From the human T2T-CHM13v2.0 reference genome, Homo sapiens: DNA of 64,000 bases. How positions within the stretch are numbered: position 1 is the stretch's first letter; every line of letters begins with the position of its first letter. The DNA is taken from assembly GCF_009914755.1 (NCBI RefSeq), contig NC_060925.1. The stretch is one strand, 5' to 3'. Positions 23,310 to 38,580 of this stretch are shown in pieces. Both the position numbers and the translations under genes were made by a program. The notes below the pieces were generated by a model. The model was not told where the DNA came from. It worked only from the letters and a program-made list of their open reading frames with translations, and did no database searches.

Positions 23310-24060
23310 GTTTGCTTCTTCTCACCTTGCATTACCAAGTCTGTCCAATTTATCTCCTAAGTATATCTTCTGTCACTCACCTCATCAGTTTCTCCTTGGC
23401 TGCCTTCATTCTAACCACTCTCATCTCTCGACTGAAATATTATAGCAGACTTCTAACTGGTCTTCCTCCTTTACCTTGGTTCAGGCTTTATTTTCTCAAG
23501 TCCATACCTTCTTCTTGCATATGCATGTATGTTTCCATCACTCTATCTATATCATGAACACACACACACACACAGGTGGCTCTTCTACTACCCTATTTAA
23601 GAATGTCTTGTTTGATTCCCATTGCCTGTCACAGCTCAGCTGCTAAATCTGCTATCCATGTGACTTTGGGTAAGCAATCTAACTTTTCTGTGGCTCAGTT
23701 TTCTCATCTGTAAAATGATAACTGTAGTACCTGCTTGATGGTGTTAGTAGAGGAGTTAAATGTGACAATAAATATCAAATCTTAGAACATCACCTTGTCT
23801 GTGGAATACACCCAATGAACGCTACCTACTACTACAACTACTACAACCACCAAAGTCTAAACTTCTTATTATGACACCAAAATTTCAACCACAGAGACTA
23901 CTGTCTTCCTAAGCCTTGTATTTCCTGTCTGTCATGACTTTGCCTCTGAACTTCTCTTTTCCTAAAATGTCCATTTTCTACTGCCTCAATTTCTGCCTTT
24001 CCCAATGCCTCAACCAGTCTTTGATTAACAGTTTAAAATATTTATTTTCTGCGATCTTCT
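23310..24060 (+). mobile_element. L2 LINE with a MIR (about 23630-23835, +) inserted
   Basis: L2 CTTCTAACTGGTCTTCC...CCCATTGCC | MIR GTGACTTTGGGTAAG...CTCAGTTTTCTCATCTGTAAAATG | L2 resumes AAAGTCTAAACTTCTT. Confidence 0.75.
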
Positions 24061-24114
24061 GTAAATAGAGCTCCTTCCTCTTAGCTTTCTCTGTAAGGAT
24101 TTTTTTTAGACTTT

Positions 24115-24255
24115 ATTTATTAAAAAATAATCAAGGCTCAAGATAGCTAAGTGATTTTTCCCACAAACACACAGCTCAAAATAGGTAATGAAGGTAAGAT
24201 TCAAATGCAGGTATCAGTGGCAATCTGTGCTTTTTTCTCTCTATCATCTACCTCC
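24115..24255 (-). mobile_element. MIR SINE fragment
   Basis: AAGGCTCAAGA..GCTAAGTGATTTTTCCC...GATTCAAATGCAGGT. Confidence 0.6.
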
Positions 24256-24986
24256 TATTTGGGCAATCCACAAAGAGCTGTCTTGAAAATAGGTATGGAT
24301 TTTAATAGCTTTGGAGTCTGGTTTAATTCTATCACTGGGCCAAATGTTTAACATTTATTTGGAGAGGGTGGGTAGGAGTCAAGCAGGAAAAATTTTTCTT
24401 CCTCATCTATAAATGAAAATGCGAGTTATTTTCCTTTGAAATCTTTCTGCTCTAATAGTTTGTCACATTGTCATACACCTGAATACAAAGTGGGAACTTA
24501 CTTGAGATTTGATTGGATTTTGAGCTGACCACTTTGTAGTTCTTTGGTTCTCTTCTGTTAGTCTTAAACTTAAATAAGGGGTCTAACTCAGAAATATCAC
24601 CTATGGGAAATTGAGGATACACTTCTAGAGCCAGGGCCTGTCAATAATATCTCCTAATTCCATTAGAACCACTTGCCCTCCCCTGCTGCTCTGATACTTA
24701 TAAACCTCTCTGTTCTCATAACAGATTCAACCTTAGGATTCCAAGACCACTTCCCATCCTGCTGGGGTTTGGCTGGCTCAGAAAACTGGTGCACAGATCT
24801 TCTTTGTTCCTCCAGCTGAACTCAAATACAAACCTTCATCCTGATGAGATAACGGGCAATCTGTGTTTTGTCCCACTCCATTGCTGTATATGCAATCAAG
24901 GTACCCTCTCAGGACCCAGTGATAATATTAATTACAATCTCTTATTTAAAAGGAGTTCCTGCCTGAAGGTCTCTATGCAAAGATAA

Positions 24987-25279
<293 letters not shown>

Positions 25280-25604
25280 GAGAAGGTTTCTTTTTTTTTT
25301 TAAGAAGAAAGAGCCACTTCTGGTTAAGTCACAAAGCAAAGGGAATGCTAGTCATTCTTTTCTATAGCAGGTCCAGCCAGGCAACATGAGATACACAGGC
25401 ATTAAGAACACAGGTACTGCCCTGAACTGGAGGGGAATTTGTCAAATCTAATATTTTCTGAAAAGTGTTCTCAGACCATTCTGACCATGAGTAACTTACT
25501 TCCTCCACCACTAAGCATCTAGAATAAACCTGTCATGGCCACTCCTCTTGCCTTTCTTCATCCTCTTAAGTTTTATTATAGTAGGTGAGATTTGAGTAAA
25601 TAAG

Positions 25605-25775
25605 TTTTTGAATTAAGTCACTTCTCTATTGTTTTTAGTTATGCAACTTCCAACCATTCATTCAACCTCTCTGAATCTGAGTCTTGTTTTTTTTCCTCAT
25701 GTTTACAATAGGATAAAAATTAAAAATTCTTGGGCTGTTGTAAACATAATGTTAGATTAATGCTTATTGTCTATA
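25605..25775 (+). mobile_element. MIR SINE
   Basis: TTCAACCTCTCTGAATCTGAG...TTCCTCATG...GGGCTGTTGTAAA. Confidence 0.65.
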
Positions 25776-26289
25776 TATATTTGAAACTTTACTGATGTCA
25801 TTAGCTATATATTATAACATTATTCCTCAGGGGCCAAGTACAACATCTATTTCATAGAAAATGTTAAGTAAAGTGGATTCTTCAGCTTTGTCCAGTCTGG
25901 GACAAGCCTAAATAGAAATACAAGAGAACTAAATAGAATACAATTTCCTTCTTATTTTTCTTTGCATCAATCTTTCCTTCCCTTAGGTGTTTTCTGTTCC
26001 AGCTCCTTCCTTTCTTCCTTTCTTTAGGGAAGCCTACTGAGATGTCTCAGTCCCCTCAAGTTCCTCTACCTTTCTACCTATCAAGACAAAAGGTTTCTAT
26101 ATATCAGAACAAAAGGCATGATAGGAAGCTAAAGGGGTCACAATACATTATAGAAAAGAGTTAATATACAGTAATTAGAAAAATGTGTTGCCTCCAAATG
26201 CAAGAAAAGAAATCCCTAGAGTCTTTTCAGCAAAGAATAATAGTGGTCTTTACTTTCACAAAGATTAACTTATTTTCATGAAAATCTAT

Positions 26290-28912
26290 GAGAAGTTTCC
26301 AGGTCCATAAGACAATGATAGCAGCCTAAGTTATAATCTCTGCACATATCCTCAAAAAAAGTTACAGATGAACAAGGAGAGCAAATAAAATCATGCCTAT
26401 CATGACTTGCAATATAATGTAAAAACAAAGAACTTCACAAATCTTAATTTATAACTAATTGGGAAAATAAGCTACTTATGTTCATTGAGTTGGCTCCAAA
26501 ACTTACTCCAGAGCAGAATAGAGGGTTAGGTGGGGAAAGCAGAGAAGAAAGGAGAATGAGGAAGGATAGAATCAGAAAACGTCACTTAAAGCTGTTAGGT
26601 AGAATATTCAAAATTAGATAAGAAAAAGAGAGACTCTAGTCATTATATAGAGGCTTTAGTAAAGGTAACAGCTGCGTCATGAATACAAACTGTTATGTAA
26701 CAAAGGTAGCCAAAACAAAGCAAATAAACAAAAGCAATTTAAAGGTTTAAAAAATAAAAAAGAGAAAGGGAGATCATATGGTGCAAGTCACTGTACAGTG
26801 AAACTGTACAATGTACACAGTAAAATAACTGATAGAACTGAAATGAAACATATCAGTCATGGTCATGAATGTAAATGAGTATAACTCACATATTAAAAGG
26901 AAAATATTTTTAAATTGGCTCACAAAGCAAAATCAGCTCTGCACAGTGTACACTAGATGCACCTAAAACAAAGAAGTGAAGAAGGTCCGAAAATAAGAAC
27001 TGAGAAAAATGTACCAGCAAATGCAAACAAAACGAAATTGGGGGTTATGATCTTGATGTCTAACAAGTTAGAACTCAGAACAGAAAAGGGATAAACAACA
27101 CAAAGAAGAAACTTTATAAAGGCAAAGGCCACAATTCAAAGCAAAGACAAGATAGAAACTTTCCCCTCTCAGCCACCTTCCTAAAGCAGAAACTAGAAGA
27201 AATGCAGAGACAGAAGCACACAAACATCAGGTGACTTGACATGCCATGCTCAGCCTGAGAAAGATAATGTGGATAAAAAATAAATAAGGATAGAGAAGAC
27301 ACAAACAACAAGTAAATAAGATGGATTTATTTTCACTCTCTTAATAGAGAATATTCTCTCATGCATATTGGACATTTATAAAAATTTACCAATTCACCAC
27401 ATGTTAGTGGTGAATTATAAATAAATTATAAAAATGTATTCTTAAAAGTGCTAATAAAATATAAAATTCTGTGATTATTATGAAAAAACTGGACTCAAAT
27501 GAGGAAATGCAAACCAATATCACAGATATTGTAAAAAACAATGATAAAAAACTGTGATTCAGAATCACATATCTTTAATCATGCAATTAAAGCAGTGATC
27601 AGAAAAAACTTATGGTAGTGATATAGAAGGGCTGGGCTCCCAGCTAAACCTGTGAGGAGTGGCCAGTGGCGGACTGAGTGAAATAAGTTACTCCAAAGGG
27701 GGTCAAGGGAACTATCCTATCTCAGTATTAAATATATATGTCAATAAAAATGGACAATGACAATAAATTTGGAAAACAAAATAAAGAGAACAAAGGAGAG
27801 AAATCAGAATACAAACAGAAACTAATGAAGTAGAAAAAGAAAAATAGCTATACCATAAATAAATATTGGTTTAAAAAATAAACAAAATAGACAATCACTA
27901 GCTAATCTAATCAAAAAGGTAAGATTGTATATGGGAAGGGGATAAGAGGAAAGAACACAAATATACAAGATAAAAAATGACAAAGAAAAATAACCATTGA
28001 AACAGAGAAGATTTAAGTAATGAAAAAGTGAATAATTTTGTAGAAAAACATAATTTGTCAAAACTGATTCCAATAAAGAAAACAGACCAAGTACTATAGA
28101 AGAAATAGAGAAAGTCAACTGTTACTTCTCACTCTCAAAAAAATCAGAAGGTCAAGATGATTTCACAGGGGAATTCTACAGAAACTTCCAAATCCATGTC
28201 ATCCTATTTGTATAAGAACATAGAAAAATGATCTTCCAAACGTTTCTGACAAAAACAATGAACATTAACAACAAAACTTGATGTAAAAAATATTTTTTTC
28301 CTCAAACCTAAAGACTATTTTCACTTACAAATGTTGATGCAATAGTCTAAAATAAATATTAACACTGCCAAACAGCATATTAGCAAAATAATAATTCATT
28401 AGGACAAAAGAGAGTTTATATAAGAAAGGCAGGATAAATCAAGAATTAAAAATCTGCAAATATACTAGACCTGTGGAGAAAAGCTATATGTTCATGCATG
28501 CTGAAAAAACATTTGCAAAACTTAATTCACATTTCCAATGGAAACACATAATAAAAGTAACCAGTGGATATTTTTCAATATGATAAAAGATTTATATCTT
28601 ACCCAAAAGTTGGTATATATTTAATGGAAAAATACTTAACTTATTCTTTCTGAAGTCTAGCCCCAGGCAAGAATGCCACTTCACTATCCTTCAATATAGA
28701 ACTGGAGATTTTAGGACACAGATTCTGACAAAAGTACAAAATTAGAGACAGAAGAATTAGAAAAGTTATGTTAAAAATACTTCTATTTGAAGATAATATG
28801 ATATGGCTGTATGTCTTGAAAACCCATGAACATCTATAGAAATATAACACAACTAATAAAATTTTAGTACAGTTGCAGAATATTAAAATAATGTATAAAA
28901 ATCAATATTCTT
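26290..28912 (+). mobile_element. Old, highly decayed L1M/L1ME (5' region plus ORF2 endonuclease/RT remnants)
   Basis: A-rich sense strand; ATGAATGTAAATG endonuclease start; TTCACAGGGGAATTCTAC; TCTATTTGAAGATAATATG (FADDM-like). Confidence 0.8.
27619..27724 (+). mobile_element. Collapsed 106-bp solo ERV1 LTR (LTR1/LTR28-like termini only)
   Basis: TGATATAGAAGGGCTGGGCTCCCAGCTAAA...CAAGGGAACTATCCTATCTCA; TSD GTAG/GTAT; both ends match the reverse complement of 39697-40430. Confidence 0.85.
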
Positions 28913-31098
28913 CATTATATCACATTAACAGAATTAAGGACAACAATATATGATCATCTGAATTGATGCAGAGAAAACATTTGACAAAATTCGACACATT
29001 TTAAGATAAAAACAGTCAACAAAGTAGGAATTAAAGGAAACTATTTCAATGTTATAAAAGCCATATTGATAGTGACAGGAGACAGACAAATTCCTAGACA
29101 GACAGTGATGGGTCCTTAGTGAAACTCAACCTTCAAGCCAAGGAAACTCTGAAGCCTGAAAACCAACCTACCAGTTCTGATAGAATCCATGGACTGGAGT
29201 GAGAACTTCCATCCCCATTTTGCCACTCTCTCTCTATTGGCTCATTCTAAATGCTACCTTTTAACAAATCAAATGGTGCCTTTTCCAAGCCTACCCATAA
29301 ACCAATCCACATGTGTTTCCCCATTCTAAGCCCATAAAACCCCCAAACTCAGCCTCACAGACAGCTACCCATTTTGGGGTCCCTCTTGCTGTTGAGAGCT
29401 TTTCTTTCACTCAATAAATTCTACTCTGCCTTACCCGCTTCTCTGGTGTCTGTGTACCTTATTCCTCTTGGTCATGAGACAATACCCAGAACTCATCAAA
29501 CTGTGGGAGCAAAAGAGCTGTAATGCTCCTGCTTGCTGAACTGTGGGCTGTGGGAGAAAAAGAGCTGTAACACTCCTGCGTGATGAACCACAAGGGGTGA
29601 AAAAAGCTGCAATGATATATAAAAAGTCCACAACTAATATTATCCTCAATGGTGAAACACTGAAAGCTTTATACCTAAGATCAGGAGCAAGACAAGGATG
29701 CCCACTTTCACCATTTCTATTCAATATAATACCAAAAGTTCTAGGCAAAACAATTAGGCAAGAAAAATAAAAGCATTCAAATTGGAAAGGAAGAAGTAAA
29801 ATTATCTCTACTCACACATAAAATGACCTTATATGTAGAAAACCCTAAAGATCCCACACTCAGAGAAAAACTATTAGAACAAAAGATGAATTCAGCATAG
29901 CTGTAGGATATAATCAACACATAAAGTAGTTGTCTTTTCATACAATAACTATGAACTATCATCTAAAAAAGAAATTAAGAAATAATTTACAACAGCCTCA
30001 AAAAATGCTTAAAATGCTTAGGAATAAACTTAACCAAGGATGTGAAAAACTTATACATTGAAAACCACAAAGCACTGCTGAAAGAAATTAAAGAAGACAC
30101 AAATGGAAAGACATCCTATGTTTATGGACTGGAAGACTTAATATTGCTAAGAAATCAATACTAACTAAAACAATTTATAGATTCAACACAATCCACATCA
30201 AAATCTCAAGTGTCTTTTTTTTGCAGAAATAGCAAAAAATCATCCTATAATGAACATGGGATCTCAGGAAACCTTGAATAGCTAAAATAATCTTGAAAAA
30301 GTAAAACAAAGTTGAAGGATTTATGCTTCCTGATTTGAAAACATTACAAAGCTATTACAGTCAAAATAGTATGATACTCGTGTGAAGGCAGACATATAGA
30401 TTAATGAAATAGAATAGAGTCCAGAAACAAACCTAAATGAGGGTGCCAAGATCAGTCAATGGGAAAGAGTCTCTTCAACAAATGGTATTCGGAAAACTGG
30501 ATATGCACATGCAAAATAATGAATTTGGAGCCTTATTTTATACCATATACAAAAATTAACTCAAATATATTAAAGGCTTAAATGTAAAATCCAAAAATGT
30601 AAAACTCCCAGAAGACATATGAAAAAAATCTTCATGATATTAGATTTGCCCATGATTTTCATACATAACACCAAAAGCACAGGTAACAAAAGAAAAAATA
30701 GACAAAAGGGACTATGTCAAATTTAAAACTTTTGTTCATCAAAGGACACAATCAATTGAGTGAAAGGTGGCCTACAGAATAGGAGAAAATATTTGCAAAT
30801 CATGTATCAGCTGAGGGGTTAATATCTAACATATATAAAGAACTACTATAACTCAACAACAACAAAAAATCAAATTACTCTAAAAATGAGTGAAGGACTT
30901 GAATATACATTTCTTCAAAGATGATATGCAAATGTCCAATAAGCATATGTGAAAATGCTAGATATCCCTAATCATCAGATAAATGCAAACCAAAACCACA
31001 ATGAGATATCAGTTCACATCCATTTGGATGGCTACTATAAAAACAAAACAAAACAAAACAGAAAATAACAAGTGTTGGCAGGGATATGGAGAAGTTAG
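28913..31098 (+). mobile_element. Younger L1MA/L1MB-type ORF2 segment nested in the older L1
   Basis: GATGCAGAGAAAACATTTGACAAAATT; [13 protein letters not shown]; CAAATGGAAAGACATCC; AACAAGTGTTGGCAGGGAT. Confidence 0.85.
29067..29614 (+). mobile_element. Solo ERV1 LTR, MER50-like
   Basis: TGATAGTGACAGGAGACAGACAAATTCCTAG start; CCCATAAAA; CAATAAA; ATAT TSD; L1 sequence contiguous across the insertion. Confidence 0.8.
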
Positions 31099-31099
31099 A

Positions 31100-31845
31100 A
31101 TACCATGCAAAAAATGCTCAATGATGGGGGGCTATCCCTAACAAATACTACAACATATTCTAAACGCTCTAAAATAAACATAGCATGGCACATGGATAGA
31201 CAGACTGAGCAATGAAACAATAAAGTACATAAATAGATTGTTGAAATTTGGCAAATGATAAAGGCAGCATATTTAATCATTGGGGAAACACGACCTATTA
31301 AGAAACAATGTTGAGAAAACTAGATAGCCATTTAGTAAAAGATAAAATTGACAAATATCACAATGTCAGAAAAAATTCCACATTAATCAGATATCTAAAA
31401 TGGAAAAAAATTATAAAAAGTATCAGAAAATATGAGTAAATTTATTTATAGTTTGGAAATAGGAGAAGCCTTTCTGAATATATGGAAATTTTAGTAAAAT
31501 GACCTGGAAACAATGACTTGATAGCAGTGAGTGCACTCAGGGCCCAAATTTTAGTTTTTGATATCATTCCTACTCAATGGAAGCTGGGATCCTGACGAGA
31601 GAGCTGATTCTGGGTCTGGATCAGGGAATTTATAAAGTGAACATTTTGTTTTGGGGTGCAGGGAAAGAGAAATGGCACTGAAAATGGCCCCTATCCAAAG
31701 TCACAACACTCCTTTTGGCACGTCCCCTCACTACTCCTCACCCTAGGCCATATTTAGGAAAATGTGAACATAAAAATGAAAGTGACTCTAATTGGCTCTG
31801 ATTGTAAAAGAATAAACAAAAATCCAGGAGTCCATAGTGATTCTT
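31100..31845 (+). mobile_element. Old L1 ORF2 continuation, then L1MC-type 3'UTR fragment
   Basis: GAAAACTAGATAGCCATTT; GAAACAATGAC...AGCAGTGAG...GCTGATTCTGGGTCTGG. Confidence 0.7.
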
Positions 31846-31859
31846 TTTCCTGTGTCCAA

Positions 31860-32352
31860 TATCCCCTTCTTTTGCCACACAAAAGCCAGAAAGATTGATC
31901 TAAATTAAGATGTCACTTTTCTTCCTAGAACCCTTCAATGATTTCCCTTGGCTTTTAAAATCTAAAATCTTTGCTATGACCGCTAAGGCCTTGAATGACC
32001 TGAGCCTTATTTCACTGCAACTTTATCTCCTATATTCTCTCTCTCGCTCAGTGCCTTCTTAAACACACTGGCTCCTTTTCTCTTTCTTGAACACATCAAG
32101 CCCCTTTGCTACTTGGGGATTCTGTACCACATTTATTTCCTCCGTGACATTTATAGCAATCTTCAATTATCCTGTTTCTTTCTTTCTTTATTTGTTACCT
32201 GTCTTTCCCAGGAGAATATGAATTCCAAAAGGGCAGAAAAGTCTGTCTCTTTACTGTCATATTACAGTCCCAAGTGTAGTGACTGCAAACAGTTGGCTCT
32301 CAGTGGCTATTTCTGAATAAATGTATGTTATATGAATGAATGATGAATAAAT
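31860..32352 (+). mobile_element. L2a LINE 3' region
   Basis: CCCTTCAATGATTTCCC...AAGGCCTTGAATGACCTG...GAATGAATGATGAAT. Confidence 0.8.
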
Positions 32353-32554
32353 TAAAAAAATGGGCCTTCTGACTTCCAGTTCCAATCTCTCTTTGTGACA
32401 AGGCTCTCTTTTTTTTCTCCCTGTTTAGTTCATCTCTGTATGCACATGGACCATCCTGCATATGTTATGCAGCCTAAACGCTTACACATTACAGCTTTCC
32501 ATGTAACTATCAATGAAATCATCTGATATTGTTACTGTTTTTCCTCTTAGAAGG

Positions 32555-32725
32555 ATAATATTGGAAAGGTCCTTAGAAAATGCCTGTAATCCTCTTGTTT
32601 TACAGATAAGGAAACTGAGGCTTGTCATGTTGTATATATTGCCCAAGTCACAGCTAATTAGTGGTATATGTGAAATTACAACCTACATCTCCAAATTTTC
32701 TAGTTCAGTGGTCTTTTCAGTACCC
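32555..32725 (-). mobile_element. MIR SINE
   Basis: TTTTACAGATAAGGAAACTGAGGC...TTGCCCAAGTCACAGCTAATTAGTGG. Confidence 0.85.
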
Positions 32726-33791
32726 TTTCTTTCTCCATACTGGTTTACCCCTTAATCTTCAGCTTCCTAACTCTCCCCAGCACACAATAGGAATAGGAAA
32801 AAGATTGTATAAGTGAAAATGAAGTCCTGAGAGTATCTTAGAATCATTTGGTGTCCCCAGGAGAGAGCATTTCACTGAGCTAGTACACATCATTGTGTTC
32901 CTATGCAGCATTTTTGAAATCACTAGTGTGCCCTCCGAGTGAGATTAGCCTCAGATGACATTACGTCTTAGGAGGCTAGATGCTAGCACATCCCCAGTGT
33001 GTGCATTTATGTAGTCTACTGTTCCCTAAGAACCACCTTGCCAATTGTAGGGATGGAAAAATTATAGCCGGAATTCCATAGCAATTATTTCTGTATTTCC
33101 CATGTTTGTTCAAATGATAAATGTAAAACCATCACCTATTTTTAAGTCATTTGAGCCTATTGACTCAAAAGAACAGGAAAGCCATGTCAGGACAATTTTG
33201 TTTTATGAAAAAGAAAGGGTGGGGGCTTCTGCTATTCTTTAAATAGTCTAAAAGTTTAAGGTTGTTTTTTACACAGAACTGTGCAGTTAATTGGAATTGA
33301 ATAGCCTTGCCTTCCTCGTAAATGAAGCCCATTCCCAAGATTAAGATACTAAATCTTAATCATGGGATGTCCCTGAGGCAAGGATGTGCATTGAAGTGTA
33401 AGCAAAGGTTTAGCAAAAAACATACTATTCCAATGGGCACAGAGTCTGCAAAGGGAGCAAGGCCAACTCTTCCGGAAGAATGTTTACTTTGATATTCATG
33501 AAGTTTTCATTGTCTTACTCTGCAGTCTTTTCCTTAGCCTCCATGGCTTAGTAATTCATTTATCCATTGCCATGTAGTATCAGTTATTCATATGGCAGAA
33601 CACTGTGGGTTAGGGACACAAAGATGGTACAACTCTCCCTCTTTCCTTAAGAAACAATTTAATAAAAGTTTAGCCTACTTATATTACGTACAATGTATAT
33701 GTACCTCTATTTAAGCCATGTAATGGGGGAAATGAATAGAAATGACTTCAGAGTGTAGCAGGGTTTGAAAGAAGTTCTGAGGTCATCTTGG

Positions 33792-33951
33792 CCATTGCTA
33801 CTCAAAGTGTAGTCCCTGGGCCAGAAGCATCAACACACCAGGAATCTTCTATGAAATGTAAAATCCTTGGCTTCCCCTCAGTTCTACGGAATCAGAATCT
33901 GTAATAAGGTCTTCAAGTGATTCCTGTAAACATTAAATGTGAAAAGTCTTG
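33792..33951. mobile_element. MER5A
   Basis: TGCTACTCAAAGTGTAGTCC...GAATCAGAATCTG...AAGTGATTC. Confidence 0.8.
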
Positions 33952-34287
33952 ATCTAGTCTCTTTGGATTTGTTCTATGTTTACAGACACAGAGAACTGTA
34001 ATTCTGTGATGAATATATATTCAAACCAACGTTTGTCCCTGTCTTCCACTCAATACCACACAATTGTATCCAACTTTGGCTACCCTTGCATAGGTACAGC
34101 CTCACCTACATTTCAGAAGAAAGGATGAATCATTTAGGGCAATAGCTGGGTACTTGGACACAGAAAACAAGAGAGTGAGAGAGGTAGAGAACAAGAGAAG
34201 GAAAGAGGTAGAGGGAAGAAGGGAGAGATGCTAACTATGATCTCTCCTGTATCAAAGGACAAATATCTTTCTAAAAAATATGAGAGG

Positions 34288-34684
34288 TGGTATGGCAAAT
34301 TGTATTATTGTTCTCAATTATTTCTTCTCCTTCCCTATAGGGGGCTTGTACGTCTCTATCTTTTGCCATGGGACAAAGTGCCTTCCTGGAGAAGTTGTTT
34401 TTCTCCTATTGACACCAGGATTGGCCTAAGGACTTGTGTTGGTCAAGGAAATGTGAGTTTTAAAGTCATTAGAAAGTTCTAGCTTATCTTCTTGCCCTTT
34501 CCCTTGGCCTTGAGTTTGGAGAGGCTCCTCTCTAGATACTGGAATAAACAAGACACATGGAAGAGGAACAAAGCTGCCACCAAAATGTAACCTGCATTAG
34601 AAACAGGCCTTTGTTGTTGAAACTCACTGAAATTTGAGAATTGTTTGTTCCTGCATTTTAGCCTAGAGAAAGCTGAATAACACA
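34288..34684 (+). mobile_element. MLT1 (H/I-like) MaLR LTR
   Basis: TTGGCCTAAGGACTTGTGTTGGTCAA...GACACATGGA...CACTGAAATTTGAGAATTGTTTGTT...AAAGCTGAATAACA. Confidence 0.75.
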
Positions 34685-36831
34685 CATGGCAATCTGTGCT
34701 TCCTACAATCAAGGGTAATCCCAATATATTTAATTGAGAAAAATGATGTTAAATGTAAAACATTCTCTGCACTATTAACATTTACCATGTAGATACATTA
34801 TGGAATAAACAAAGTATAAGTAATCCCATTTTGAGGGTCCAAAGAACCTAGTGAAGGATGAAAAGAGGTACCCACCTAACCCTGGACATCAAGGCAACTG
34901 ATTTAAAATTTTAATGCACATATTTTCATGCCTGGAATGCATTTTAGGTATCTGAAATATTTTTCAGGTTATTAAATGCATCATAGTGCATTTTTGCCTT
35001 CCAAAAATTATTATGGTTTTACATTTAACATATTTATTCTCAATTAAATAGTTCGAAATTACACTGAAATAAAGTTAAAACTTTCCATTAACTTGGTACA
35101 AAAACATAATCAAAATATTGAGAGACAAGAACATTGTTTTAAAAAGTTGAATAAGCTATTTGTTATTCCTTTAACAACAATAAAAATGAATAGTGTCTGC
35201 TTTTATATTAGTTGGAATTTCTAAGGTTAACCTTATAAACAAATTAATTATTAATAGGATTCCAGATTCTAAGATCAATTTCCAGTGCTAATAGTGATAA
35301 TGGCTCATATTTTATATACTTTTATTGAATTAATACACTTGAATATAAATAATATTTGATTTCTCTCAGCAGTCTTGAGATAGAAATAGGAGACTTAACA
35401 GCCTTCTTACCCAGAGGTTAGCTCAGACTCCATACTATACAATGGCATAACCATGGCCACACACTAATGGAGGAGCTTAGGCAGAATCATGGTTTCTGAG
35501 TTCATTCTGGCCTCTCCATGCGTAAGAGATTGCCGAAGCTACCTACCAATTTACTTCATGTGTTGAAACAGACTAGAAGGTTGAAGAAATTTTGTACCAC
35601 TTGGAATCTGTCGATTTGTTTTTAGTTTTTCTCTACTCCTTCCATCTCTCCCTACTCCCGTATTTTATAATTCACAACTATCTAAAGGCTTTGGTACATT
35701 AAGTATTCTTATAAAATGAACTCTCTGGACAATTTAAGTAACCAATAGCAGAAAAGGTCCTTGGCACAGCCTTTATCTTAGCTGTACTATTCTCTTGGGT
35801 TTTGTCTTGACTACCAGAATCCTTCCTCACCCAAAGAAATTGCGAAGACAGACATCTGGAATTCATTGGCTGAGGCTCACCTTAAGACCTCACAAAGCCC
35901 AATTTGCAGACTGGTGATTTTCATTTTTCACATGAGCATACCCACTTAAATACAAAGAACACTGAGTTTTACTTTTTTATTTACAGAGTAAATAAATAAG
36001 TAAATGAATAAATAAATAAGTCAGTTGAATGAATGAATAGGATTATTGGTTGCTTGGACCTAGCATACTACCAGAGTGGACTCTATTTAAGTCTTCTGTT
36101 TTATGTCTATAATGTTGCCTCCAACCCTCTATTCTCTACCAGCCTCTATTAAACACAAGATATTCTGCTTAATAAAGACATCTTGTTAATTAAGAGGTGG
36201 TCGAACTGTTTGGAGTCCTAACTCCAGCAAATTTATGGTCCTTGAATATAGTTAGGCACAAACTTTAATCTTGCTTCTGCCTTCTTTGAGTTGGGGATGA
36301 AATGATAAAGATATAACATTTTTAGATGATAGAAGTGAGTTCTCTTTTCACAAACTTCCAAAGTGATTTGATAGCCATATAATATTGGCCCTTGATACTA
36401 GATATTTTACAAAAAAACAAAAAAAAAAACTGAAGGTCAGAAAATAAGTTCGTCTCAGAGTCCCAACTAAACCACAAATATCCTGATTCCTCATTTATTC
36501 TACTTAACTCCCTCCCTTCTGATTAAAGAGACAGTCTTGGTTTTAAATGAATTGCTTTCCTGGCCATTAACTTTTGGTTAGTTAAAAATAAATTCTGAGA
36601 GCCTACTCTCTACAAAACATGCTGTTAGATATTATGGTTACTTCAAGGATGTACAAAAGTGATCCCTTCCTTGCAGAAGCTTATCAGCAAGTTAGGGAAA
36701 TCAGACCAGGCATGACAAGTAAGGTAACAGTGAACTCAGTAACACTTGAGCACTAACTGGTATACGGGCCACATGAGCCACAGGGAGTGCTGGGATGGCC
36801 AGGATAAATTCCAAAGAAAAGGTGGCCTTGG

Positions 36832-38187
<1,356 letters not shown>

Positions 38188-38354
38188 AAAAAGTGGTCTT
38201 GGACTAGTCAGGATTCATACAGGCCAAAAAGGTGAGGTAGGGGGTTCCAGGCAATGGATGCAGCAGAGCACAAAACCTAAAGGGAGGAGGCTATATCCAC
38301 AATGAGGCAGAGAGAAGTAAGCATCACCAGACAATTGGGTCTGCTAGTCCTTGT

Positions 38355-38580
38355 CACTGCAGCTCTGGATTTAAAGCTTCAAATTAGTGTCAAAAAGGCT
38401 GCATTCGAATCCTGGTTCTACAACTTAAGGTTATATGAGCTTCTTTAAATCCCTTAAGCTTTCCGACCTGCAACGCTGGGTAAAATTAATATATACAAGA
38501 TTGCATAAAGGTGCAAATGAGATAATGCATGTGAAATTTCTTTGTGAATTTTGAAGTGTTAAAGAAATAGTTGTTATTGT
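38355..38580 (+). mobile_element. MIR SINE
   Basis: TTCGAATCCTGGTTCT...AAATGAGATAATGCATGTGAAA. Confidence 0.75.
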
